Assembly: GCF_964204645.1 (NCBI RefSeq)
Contig: NC_134026.1
Location: 15,348,150-15,412,149 of the forward strand
Origin: Tubulanus polymorphus
Taxonomy: Eukaryota > Animalia > Nemertea
DNA length: 64,000 nucleotides
Reading direction: 5' to 3'
The notes under the pieces are model-generated. The model did not search any database. It had not been told where the DNA came from and saw only the letters and a program-made list of their open reading frames with translations. This document shows, piece after piece, positions 52,319-64,000 of this stretch (positions are counted from its first letter, which is position 1; the number at the start of each line of letters is the position of its first letter). The translations under genes and the position numbers were made by a program.

Positions 52319-53901
52319 TATAGCTTGATACTTACATAAAACGAATTAACAAAGAAACTTCACTTGACAGTATACGAACTCGCAGACAAACCCCTAAAAT
52401 GAATCATGCCCTAGTCATGATAAGCACATAGAATCAAACAAAATACAACTAAAGAATTCACTAAATTTCGGTTTCAAATCCCTCAAATAGCCATTTATTT
52501 ACATAGAACGAATTATCAAACTACTTCTGCCGGCAGTATACAAATTCGCAGACAAACCCCCAAAACAAACTGTGTCATGATAAACATCTGGAATTAAACA
52601 AAATAAAGCTAAAAGAATTACAAAATTTCAGTTTCGAATCCGTCAAATAGCCTTATACTAACAAATGATGGATTATCACAACAACTATGAACTCCCACAA
52701 CACATGTCTTTAATAATTGACAGTGAAATCCTGGATTGAATGAAATAGATCTTAAAACTACGATTTGATCCCAACGTAGTCCCTCGTTCTACTTGAAGGC
52801 CTTTGATGTTGAAATAGGATAAATAATGTTATGATGAAAGAGGCATAATGGTTGGGAAAAAAATTGAATCCAATATGGCTCTAAGCATGGCAAAGTTTGA
52901 AATATCCTTTTGATTTGGCCTATACACATTTTAAAAGCAAATGACATTTTGCATCAAACTAAAAGCGACTTTATGAGAACAAAATTTGTTTGAGTCGTAC
53001 AATTTATAGCCTAGAACTAATTTCTTTGTCAAAGTGTGATGCACAATTTTGACTGGGTCTTTTTTCTACATGGTGTAATTTGAATAGGCCTAAATAATAG
53101 AATAATCGTATCTTAGGTTTCAAGATGAAGGTGCAGCAATTACTTAGATTAATTCTTATCTTTTACAATTAGGCTTATATTAAGGAAAAAGCCCAAAGTT
53201 GGTCGAACAGGGGTTAGGCATTGATGGTAGAGGGGCTGTGTGCTGAAACAGAGATAAAAATGCACGGGAACGAGTTAGTCGAGTGGAGCTTATTATTCCA
53301 TCAGGGATAGTGTACAATGGTCATGTTATATATCAAAATGTTCCTTGTTAGTTCCGCTGCATCGCTAAAAACAAATGGAGATAGGTTTCCCTGTATTTTT
53401 TAATATATTACATTACTTAAACAATAAACGTCCGTCGCCGACTGAAAATTCGAGACGATCAAAACTTCCGCATTGAGAGGGCCAGCGCACCAGTTCAAAT
53501 TCGATAATGTGGATCGGAAATCCTCCAGCGATACAATCTATGATCTTTAGAACCTGTCTCGGCTGACTGGGAATAAGATATTTCTAGAAGGTCTGAGAAT
53601 AAGCGACACTCAATGCTAGTGTTAAAGGCCCGTAAACACGAGTTCTCAGCGCGAAGGGGGCGGGGCGCAGCATCGCGTGGTCCCGCTCCACGAATAAGCG
53701 TGCGGGCACCCCGCACAGTGCCCGCTCGCTAGATTTTCAAAGGGATGAATGCACGCGTACTGCCCTGATCAGTTCACTACCGTCAAAATTGAATGTAATA
53801 ACATCGGCTAACAGAAAAAAAAACATTTTTGCAAGGGTTGTTTGACCAAATTTGATAATACATCCTATGAGTAAATTACATTCCATTGTTTTCTTTTTCA
53901 G

Positions 53902-54171
53902 GCATATATTCCAACTGGTGACCAACTGTACTGCTTACCAACATTTCGGTACTACTCTACTGATATGAAACAGCCTCAGTTTTTGAAGGTCAATGTTGAA
54001 GAAGAAATACGTGGTGCTCAGAATGAACTACATATGGCTGAAGTCCGTTTGAAAGATGTACAACAAAGGAAGTTGACTCTTGAATCTAATTTTAGATGTC
54101 AGCAAGCGGAAGAAAGAAAAAGCAATGGCCAAATCATGAAAATAAGAGAATCTATCAATAATCTTACTTTT
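53902..54171 (+). CDS. SMC6: SMC6 internal exon (hinge end and start of coiled coil)
   Basis: tttcag|...|gtaagt, 270 nt, phase 0. AYIPTGDQLYCLPTFRYYSTDMKQPQFLKVNVEEEIR... resembles SMC6 [33 protein letters not shown], followed by coiled-coil-like sequence. Overlaps ORF 53965-54216. Confidence 0.88.
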
Positions 54172-54929
54172 GTAAGTTCACTCAAACCTAAGGCCATTCC
54201 AAAACAATTGCCATAACCTACCTGACTGACCAGCCATCTATAGTGCTGAGTGAAAATGTTTTTCTAGTTAGTGCTGAGTGAAAATATTTTTCTAGGTAGT
54301 GCTGAGTGAAAATATTTTTCCAGGATTCATTGACATACATTTTATTTTTGACAAAAAACAGCTGACCAACAGAATTGCTGCCTATATTTGAGCTGTGACA
54401 TGTATATGTTTATCTGTGTACTGTAGTCATTGTCAAGATCCCCTAGGTGAAAATCCCCAATTTTTCAAAGTAGGTAAAAATCGACCACCTTTTGAATTGA
54501 CTGCAAGTAGATATACAATTACAAGGTCAATTCATTCACATTGATGTATTTGCAATTTAAAAAGAGTTTTTCCCCACAGTTCAGTTGAATGTAGAATAGT
54601 TTTAAATAAACGTTCACCTCTTTTGTTGACAGATTATCTTAGGTCATGCCCTCAAATAGCAGGTTTATTTTAGTTTTTCATATAGAAATCAGGAGAGTAA
54701 CCTGCCACTAGATGGCTTGATTAAATGGCACCGCCCATTAGTTAGTTTTGATGGTGCATTTTTGTGGTGTTGCATTTCAAGTTTATTGTATTTGAAAGTA
54801 GTAGTTACCTATCCGGAAATGGCAGAATTTACTATACAGAGATCATGTGATCTGATGATAAGTTCATTAGGGTTTCTGCTGCTTCGCAGAAACCGTCTTG
54901 TAATTCTTGTGATTATTACCTTTTCCACT

Positions 54930-56028
54930 TTTTTGTCCCCCGCGCGGCGTAGGCCGCTAGCGGGGGACTTGGTATCCGCCATCCGTCCATCCGCATGAGC
55001 TTGTGAACGCGATTCAAGAAGAACCATTGATCACAGGACTATGATATTACACAGTATGATTACCCCTAGGGAGAGGATGTGCCCTATTGATTTCGGGGTC
55101 CAAGTACCAAAGGTCAAGGTCACTACAGGTCATTCATGTGAACGCTTGTGAACGTCATTCAAGATGAACCGTTGATAGCAGGACCATGATATTACCTAGT
55201 ATGATTACCCCTAGGGAGAGGATGTGCCCTATTGATTTTGGGGTCCAAGGACCAAAGCTCAAGGTCACTACAGGTCATTCATATGAAACCTTTTGAACGT
55301 CATTCAAGAAGAACCGTTGATACCAGGACCATGATATTACGTAGTCTGATTAGCCCTAGGGAGAGGATGTGCCCTATTGATTTTGGGGTCCAAGTACCAA
55401 AGGTCAAGGTCACTACAGGTTATTCATGTGAAAGCTTGTGAACGTCATTCAAGACGAACCGTTGATAGCAGGACCATGATATTATGTGGTATGATTACCC
55501 CTAGGTAAAGGATGTGCCCTATTGATTCTGGGCTCCAATGATCAAAGGTCAAGGTCACTTCAGGTCATTCATGTGAAACCTTGTGTCGTGAATGTGATTC
55601 AGAAAGAACTGTTGATAGCAATACAATGATATTACTTCGCATGATTACCCCTAGGGAGAGGATGTGCCCTATTGATTTTGGGGGAAAAGGTCAAGGTCAC
55701 TTGATATCATTCATATGAAACCTTGTTAACACGATTCAAGAAGAACCATTGATAACAGAACAATGCTATGATTACCCCTGGGGAGGGGATGTGCATTAGT
55801 GATTTTGGAGTTCAAGGGTCAAAGGTCAAGGATGGTAGACGTCTTTTGCCTAAAACCCTGTAAACTCAATTCTTAGATAACCATTCATAGCAGGAAAATG
55901 ATATTTCATAGTATGGTTATCCCTGGATACACTCATCATTTTTCTATACCAAAGATCAGTGTCTTCAGGGGTCATTCCCTACTGGCTATCGCGGGGGACA
56001 TAGATACGTAGTATCGAATTGCCTTGTT
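54930..56028 (+). mobile_element. Complete HINE-like (Helentron-associated) element with 145-bp tandem array
   Basis: Subterminal inverted repeats tgtcccccgcg (54934-54944) / cgcgggggaca (55990-56000). CCAT/CCGT repeats near the 5' end; ~6 units of 145 bp containing aaggtcaaggtca. 3' hairpin gatac-gta-gtatc then cttgtt; T-run flanks. Confidence 0.8.
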
Positions 56029-56660
56029 TTTCATAAAATGTATCTCCCCTCAGATTAACAGCTTATAAACGTAATTTTCAATTCTGACAGAAATAAAACT
56101 CAGCGTCTGACCATTTCAAATTTGCGTATAGTAATTTATTATGAATTAATCCCGTGTAAGTACCGGGTCTGAACAGCGACAAGAATAACGCAAAGCATTG
56201 TCATCCATTCATAAAAGTACATCCCGAAAAGCCTACAAATGACCGGACAAACCTTGAGCGCCAAACTCAACCGTAAATACCGGATTCAGACTTTCAATTA
56301 GTCCGGATTTGTCATTTATCGCGAAGAATATGCAGCCGGTGCGTAACAAGTGTCTTATTAATGAAACAACATGGCGGACAGTTGAAATCATTTTCAGCTT
56401 AAATTTATGGCAAATTTATGGCGAGTTTTAGGACTTTAATGAACTTTGATCCCTGAAATGAGTCAATTGATTAATTCTTTTCGTAAATCAATTTACGTTG
56501 GCTATATTTCCTGAAGATTTCTGGCTCAAATCAACGTTATATGGACAGAAATGGTAGGGATTTTCATATGGACTTTTTATGAAGCAATGATCATTGTTTG
56601 CTACCTACTTCATGCCTAGCTTTTTTGGGGGATGCGCCTAGAATAGATTTAGGCCCTTAA

Positions 56661-57897
56661 CCCTTTAACCGGCAAGCTGTCGCGACCGATTTGAATAGAC
56701 CAGCTATAGTGATTAGGATAGTCAAGTATTGATTTCAGTGAAGCATTTTAACTCTTTTTCCTGTGAGCAGATGGCAACACCAGACACCAGACTACAATGT
56801 CTAACAAAGCAGGAAAGTGATATATCATACATTTGCCATATAAAGTATCCCAGTGGTTATGACCGCGGCATTTCACTCTCAAAGAGCCAGTATCAACAAC
56901 AATTTAATTGATACTGACAGCTTTAAGTGGTCAAACTCACACTGAGCATCGCTGCTTCGCTGGACCCCAGCTGCTTGTTACTATGGTTATAGGCAAGAGT
57001 GAATAAAGAGCAAAACTTTTCCACACTTAATCCAAGAAAATGAAGTAATAAGCAATGAAAATTCAGTTTTGAAGTCTTGTTGCATTCAAGAGTGAATATT
57101 TTCGCTGGATGCTGAAGTCAGTGTTTACATTATGAAGTGTCGAAACCAATTTCCAAGTTCAAAGATTATATTTAGACGGTGTTTCAAGCAAAACAACAGC
57201 ACTCGACTCATGAGATAATTCCAGATTATATATGCTCACACTCTGAAGAGTTTATAGATGTACAAAATCAATCAGATTGAATTTGCCCCATGACATGATT
57301 ATTCCCAAAATGAAACTAAAAATTCAAGAAAGGATTTTGTAAAATTATAAAAATTAGAATTTTATATCCTTTAATGAATGGCCAGTTGATGGTATATTAT
57401 TCACTCTTGAATGCAGTAGTCGCTTGACCTCAATTACTCGCAAGGCTGAGTGATAGAAACCACAGGGATCCCGACATGTTAGTGTAACAACTCTTTGATG
57501 CGCCGCGGTCATAACTACTGGGATAGACTTTAGTAGAGGGTACAGAAGCCACGTGTCACGTCGGTCAGATTTCCGAAGTTTAGAAGACTAGTGCGTTTTG
57601 CTGATATTTTGGACACAGTAATGACCGATTCTGGTGATGATTCGTATTGGGATGAAACTGATGACAGTGCTTTATTATGGATGGCCCGAAAATCTGGATC
57701 TCTGACCTTGGGGTCAGACCCTGATTGTAACCCCCAAAGTTGGCAAACTTGGTACCATTTGAAAGCGTATGAAAAGAGCTTTCATGAAATACATGCAATA
57801 TGAGGTTATCCCTTATATCTACTGAGTTATTCAGTTTTCCCCTTGCAACAAGGTCCAAAATCACTCACAGGCCGAAAAATACTTGCCGGTTAAAGGG
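56661..57897. mobile_element. piggyBac-like non-autonomous element
   Basis: TIR ccctttaaccggcaag / cttgccggttaaaggg flanked by ttaa and ctaa. Empty site in the paralogous repeat near 48090-48120. Confidence 0.75.
56841..57532. mobile_element. MITE nested within the piggyBac-like element
   Basis: TIR tatcccagtggttatgaccgcggc / gccgcggtcataactactgggata; absent from the copy at ~48575. Confidence 0.7.
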
Positions 57898-60800
57898 CTA
57901 ATGTAGTGTGTAGAGCCAGTGGTAAGCCTATAAGGGGCTGGTTTACACTCATGTATACGACTGTGTATTTCGATTACTTTTTTCCAGCTTATTCGTGGAA
58001 TGAACTGGTCAATACGGTCATCAATTCCTTCGCGGATTCTTGCGGCTGGTGGGAATATATTTAAACCACAGTGTGCAAGAGTACGTTTCAAATCAAGCTT
58101 TTTTGTCATTGGCAGTCAAAGCCGCAACTTACACGCAACTGTCTCAGATGCTGTAAGCACTTGACGTTTTGTATAATTGTTTTTGGTTTACTTTTGTCTG
58201 CAGTATGAGGTTGGCATTGAGCCAATTCATGTAAAATCGTGGTACGTTTTTTATGTGAGCATTTTTTTCATTGGTTCTCGGGATAAACGACGTATAATCG
58301 ATGCGATTGAAGCCATGACGAACCTCCGTCGATGACATGGTCAACTTAAATTCAACGAAAAACTGTTTTTGGCGGGAAAATTCTTAGCTCTTGCGTATAA
58401 AATGACCTCGATCGGGGGGGAGGGCGTCGGCTCTACGAGCGAATGTGATTGGCTGTTTTTGGGATATACAGGGAATTCGGGCGCTACTAAAATAATTATG
58501 GGGAATTATGGCGAACGTTTTATTGGACTGGTGCCGTATATGTGCAAATTTTAAATGCTCATTGCTGGTGAGAATATAATTATTTCACATATCGCCATAG
58601 GTATTGTTTCATTTTAATACCCGGTGATTGATGTTGAAGTGAAGCGAACGTTCACTACACAAGGCCTCCACTTGCGCAAGAGTGCTAAACATTAGACTGT
58701 TGCGCACACAAACACACGCTCATACAGACTACTTACTATATGGTGATGCTGTAACGCTGCTTGGCGCGTGCACGTTTGGTATGATAACAGGCTGAATAAT
58801 CGTCGTAGCAGAAGATGAACGCTGTGTTTTCTGTTTGATAGAATTTGTAATAAATTGTAATTTCTTGTGACCTGAAAATACTAAGCAGCAAACTAAAGGT
58901 ATAGGTCAAGGTCTGAATATTGTAGTGGTAAATTCCAGGATTTAAAACGATCTGATACTACGCCCGGTGTTTTAGCTTCCGCCGCCATACATTGGAAGTG
59001 GTTTCGTTCCCAAGACTCAATATTCAGCCACCGTCTGATATGTGACATCATATGAATTTTATTTGAATTTTTCATATCGTGAAAAATATTTTTTTTGAAG
59101 ATATAAAATAGTTGCCCTGTCGCGCCTGCCTGTACCTACGAAATTTTGGATGTAGACCATAAACAAATGTTTATCTTTGGTCTTATTTGACTAAAAAATA
59201 ATACTCTAAGAAAGATAAAACACAATATAAACTTCTAGAACTTTGAAGTCACAAATTAATAAGATTTTTCAAGCAATGCCCTTACTCCAAACAACCTCTA
59301 GCTTTCAAGGTAAACCACACTTTGCCCATGGGCAATTTATTTAGGCCAGCCGTAGGCTGAGCCTATTACTATACAAATGAAGCGAATTTAAATGACATGG
59401 TTTCCAGAGCAAAGGCAACTGAGCATATATTCATACAAATCATTCATTAAAGCATTATCCATTCTCCAAACTCTACGTAGCTGAATTTTGAAAGAGGGCC
59501 TCGTTAAAATTTATATGAGCTTTTTCGCGAATATCTGATCGCAAAAATATTGGTTTTGAAAAGCCTATCATAAAGCAAAGACTCCTCTATGATTGGCTTA
59601 GCCGCAGAAATCAGCAGGTGTTCACGTGAACCCGCGGTATCATCTACCGTTTTACTTCCGGTTTTTATTTTAAGATCTAAAAATTGTATTGCAAGATTTC
59701 TGTGAAAGCTTTAGTTGATTTGGTTTTTGGGAGGAATATTTTTATTAGCACTACAGAAAATATCATTGACCATTGTCCGGGAAAAATAGCTTTTTCTTGA
59801 AATTATTTTCTGATTTAGTCAGACATGGGGTTGGCAGGTCTGCACTCAGGAATTATACTATGTAGTGTCAATTACTCTCAGAAAATTCAAGGGAAAATCC
59901 AAGTTCATCACGATATCGAATTTCTCATTTGCTGTATATTTTCGTGCTTTACAAGTTATTACAAGTGTTATTTTGTAGAAAATAGTCATATGATGTAAGA
60001 TTTGATAAGGTGGGCCACCAAAATCGTTTGGCCCCCAGAAATTCATTAAAACTTACTTGGATTTGAAGTGAGTGCTCAGAGCACATTCATATTTGTATTT
60101 ATATGTGTTCAGAGTATATTGATATTTATTTATATTCGTATTACGAGAAAAACCGAAAAACTTCGAAAATTCTTCGCTTTCTACAAGTTACTTGTGTTGA
60201 CCTATATTTGAGTTTTCGACATGAATACAAGAAATTCTCGGAATTTCGGCACCTCTGACGTAGTTTTGGGAGTCACAAAATGGCGAACAATTCATTTCAT
60301 ATTTGTGTCGAGCTTAGTTCGCTGTTAGTTTGTTGTGAACTTAGTAGGTGTGGCAATTTAAATAGTCCTAGCCCGGCTTTGTCTTGTCATTGTCTTATTT
60401 TGACCGACTCGTACAAAATACATTCTTTCTTTGAAAGAGTAATATATGATGGCGCCAGTCTTAGAGCCGGCGTTTTTGGAGAGAGGCAGTCGACAAATAT
60501 TTGGCATCGTTTTTGTTGAAATGAGAGTTAATTGGTTCCACACAGTTGTGTGCGCTTTTTCATTTGCTATTGCCATAGGCTAATTAGTGTGTTTGCCGAT
60601 GGTTTTGCGGTATATTGGCATTCTTCGCGTAACAGCGCATAGACGTTAAAATCCGCGCACTACGTAAATCAGCTGTTATGTAATCCATATATCTATCTAA
60701 CGAACGTACATACACACCGCAGTGCATGGCAAAGTGTATGTATACTCTGTTTTCACGTATAACCGCGCGTTGCACGACTGCGCTCTCCTAGCGCGTATTA

Positions 60801-61569
60801 TCAATACTGTCATACGCTGTCTGTTCCTAATTGAGAAGTTTTTAATTGAAGTTAGCTTTATTAGGAAAGCTTTATTTTCGTGGATAATCATTTGAACTAT
60901 TTCTGTGGCAACTATAAAAACAGTTCAGTGCCAATAAAGTTTTGACATTATCTGTTTTTAAACTAAATTTTGATCTATTTTCAGAAAATATTCAGTTCGG
61001 AATGTTTGAGCTTGAAATTTTTCAGAGACCTCAAAATTGTAGGAGACTCCCGTATGATAAAATATTCAACGTTTATTTGTTCTAAAAATATATTATATGG
61101 CAATTTTAGAAAGTCAATAAATCATTGTTTGTCACTTTCTGATGAGTATATGTGCTGTCTCATCATCTAGTCCTCTCTGCATTCAAGGCTGGAATGATTG
61201 GATAGAGCATTGAACAAAATCTAAACCTATAGGAAAATATTGCCACATTCATCAGGAAGAAAATGAGCTGGTAGGCCTAAAATGAGAATTTTGGAACTGT
61301 TTAATTGGCTTCATGGATTTTTATGCTAAATACAAAGAATTGCTAAAACACAGCCAATATCAAATTTTGTGTCATGCTTCCCAGAGCCCTTATAGTTTTC
61401 TGGACATATCTAAACCAAAACTAGCAGCCACGACGCAAGTGGAAATCAAAATGAATACATGTATAATTGTACGTTCTTCTAGATAGTAGAAAGGTAAACC
61501 ACTTTGCCTGTGGCAAATTATTTTCTGATTTAGTCAGACAGGGGGTTGGCAAATATTCTGTTGATATTC

Positions 61570-62156
61570 TGCAAGAAGATGCCCTTAGACCCAAAATTAA
61601 TGACAATAACAAAACATGTATACCCCTTATTCTCACATACAATGAATATAATGTGAAGGTAGCTAGAGTCATCCGTGATAATATAAACATACTTCCAAAT
61701 GATCAACAGATAGGTCATCTATTTGATAACCACAATACAACCACTTTCAAAAACGATCAGAATATAAGAAACAAATTAGTTCGCGCTTAATTGAACCGAG
61801 CAGACAATGAAATGCTTGGTACTTTTACATGTCATAGAACTAGATGTTTTACATGCCCATATGTTTGCAATTTGAGTCACATTCATGGTAATAATTTTGA
61901 TTTTCAAATTCGTCGTTCATTCGCATGCACTAGTGACAATATCATTTACTGTATTCTTTGCCTTCAGTATAACATGAAATACATCGGCGCAACATCCTGT
62001 CGACTTAGTGATCGATTCAGAGAACATTTACGCGCTATTCGACAAATCATCCCCACTAACCCTATTTGTAAACATTTCAACTCGAACGGTCATGATATTA
62101 ATGATGTAACAGTAATGGCTTTAGTAACAATTAATAACACACAAACGAAGAATTAA
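61570..62156 (+). mobile_element. Penelope-like retroelement 3' fragment (GIY-YIG endonuclease)
   Basis: IPLILTYN...NIRNKLVRA, then C-x4-CxxC, NIIYCILC...KYIGAT..RLSDRFREH...HFN..GH. In-frame stop at 61788-61790. Confidence 0.85.
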
Positions 62157-62247
62157 AGAATCCCAGCTCAGCTACCATGCCTTAGTGATGAAAATATAAC
62201 CGTTTCATATTGATGCTGTCATGATATATCCTTTAATTTCTTTTTAG

Positions 62248-62304
62248 GAAATCAATGAATTGAAAAACATAGAGGAACCTACTCCTGGAGATGTAGTCAC
62301 GTTG
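62248..62304 (+). CDS. SMC6: SMC6 internal exon (coiled coil)
   Basis: ttttag|...|gtatga, 57 nt, phase 0. EINELKNIEEPTPGDVVTL resembles SMC6 EIRELENIEEHQSVDIATL. Confidence 0.8.
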
Positions 62305-64000
62305 GTATGAAATTTTTTCAATGCTCTAGTTTAGTTAAACTACTTTGAAAAAAATCCTCCACCAAGTCCTACCTCATATGTGTGTATACAAAATCTCTAA
62401 TTTTGTAATTATTGTATAATGTTATGTATGATAATGTTGCCTATCACCGGTAACCTTTTACCAAATCTTCAAGATGTATTAGTGCTGTCGATAAGGCCCA
62501 GTAAGCAGTAATTTTCACGCCCCAAATGTGTCTGCTTAACAATCCAAAAAAGATTTGGAGCGCACTAGGTACCGAAGATTACCAATAACATACTGTGACC
62601 TGACTGAACCAACTACAAAAGTGAGAACGTTTTTGCTGTGATTCATTGAAATAGATTGACAAAAAACAGCTGACTGACCAACTGTTGATGTATGTGCTAT
62701 ATATGTACATAGGATGTACTTAAATCAGTGTGAAAACGTGTCGTGATGCGTGGCCAATTGAAAGTTTTCCAGGAAACTGGCTACGTACCAACAAGCTACT
62801 TATCATTCTTGTGACTACGTTAAAGCTGGTAATGCGAATATAATCGATGTATTGTTTCATTTTGAAACCATAGATGATGCTCTAGATGAAGTGAAAGCTG
62901 TGAAATTCCCTTTCTCATTGAGTTTCCCATAAAATTCCAATTGAAGCTATAAGTAATACTCTGGTAAAATAGGCCCCAGAACTGCTCTAAATGCTCCTGA
63001 TCTCAAAAAAGATCTTCCCCCTTGCACTCTCCAATTCGGCACCTTTGGTGGGTCATTGTGAGGCTAGCGCTAGTGCTTGGTAAGAGATCTTTCATCACTT
63101 ACCACCCCAAATCGAGGTATTACCACCTCCCCATTTTCTCATGAAAAGGACAGTGTACTATTCAGGGTCAGGTTATTTCAGTATAAGAAAATCGTGATAA
63201 TTGGTTTTTGTCAAAATAAGTCAATGATTTCAGTAACGATTTGTTGTTGAATTGAAAAACTACACCAGTACCTGCGGCGGCCTGCGCTGCAGTCAATGGA
63301 TGATGACAATGATGATATTGAAAGCTATGTGTATTTTGTAAACGCAGTTAATTGCCAAATTCAAATCAAATCGGATAAGTGACCTTGATGTGCTGAGCCA
63401 TGTGCTTGAATTGTAAATTCAATCAAATTTCAATCTACGAAAGTTTGAACCCAATTTAATTTTAATTTGTTGAACAAAACATCAAATTCAGTATTATTCA
63501 TCATTCAAATCGATAAGACAAAGGGAGAAGATTGATCTTTGGTATTGGATTCTGTGGTCCAGGGATGAAAATCTTCCACGGAAACGCGGATTTCCGTGGT
63601 TAGAGGTCCATTTCTATCATCCTTGAGATTGGTGTAGATCATTGAGAAAATGATTGGGGTGGGGGGTTAAGGTCATGGGGAAAAGTTGAGCTTCAATTCA
63701 TTCAACAAAGCATAGCCTACGTGCTCAATAAAAGTAGTCATTGTTTTAATACAGGCACAGTGCCCTCTGTTGAGTGATAGGAAGATTATAGATAGGGGCT
63801 CTTTAAGTATGAACATGTTCTAGTGTTTTGTATATAATCGGACCCATCCTTTTCATTTACTCAAGGCAATAACAACTAACAGCCAACCGCTTGGCTTCGG
63901 CGCTCACGGCCCCTGGCTTGGCCAACACTACTAAGCCTTATACTTTCTAATATTTCCGCGTTTTCCAAACGCCTCTGTTTTCATCCCCTGTAGACACCTA

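Noticed and set aside
55000-55900. CRISPR-like regular array
   Set aside because: Whole 145-bp units are homologous tandem repeats inside a HINE-like element.

Overview
AT-rich animal (probably marine invertebrate) genomic DNA with GT-AG introns; it is not prokaryotic. Four small + strand exons (9900-9983, 36282-36368, 53902-54171, 62248-62304) splice in frame into the hinge/coiled-coil region of an SMC6 orthologue, so most of the window is TE-filled intron. Two large multi-exon passengers sit in these introns. (1) A minus-strand gene at ~18423-28475 encodes about 1150 aa: a PR-Set7/SETD8-like SET domain, four tandem-duplicated acidic exons, Zn-finger-like motifs, a tyrosine recombinase catalytic domain and a Myb/SANT-like C-terminus. 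It looks like a Crypton-like integrase fused to a lysine methyltransferase and carries one in-frame stop. (2) A complete 9.65-kb TIR transposon at 37740-47394 has ~210-bp TIRs and a 7-bp TSD. It encodes a disrupted KDZ (Kyakuja-Dileera-Zisupton)-type transposase and a convergent, apparently intact gene with an NRF1/Erect-wing-like DNA-binding domain. The window also holds DIRS, MULE and Penelope remnants, two hAT-like elements with 6-bp TSDs, Helentron-associated (HINE-like) elements with internal tandem arrays, several MITEs, and mini- and microsatellites. All domain calls come from motif recognition by eye; no database search was run.
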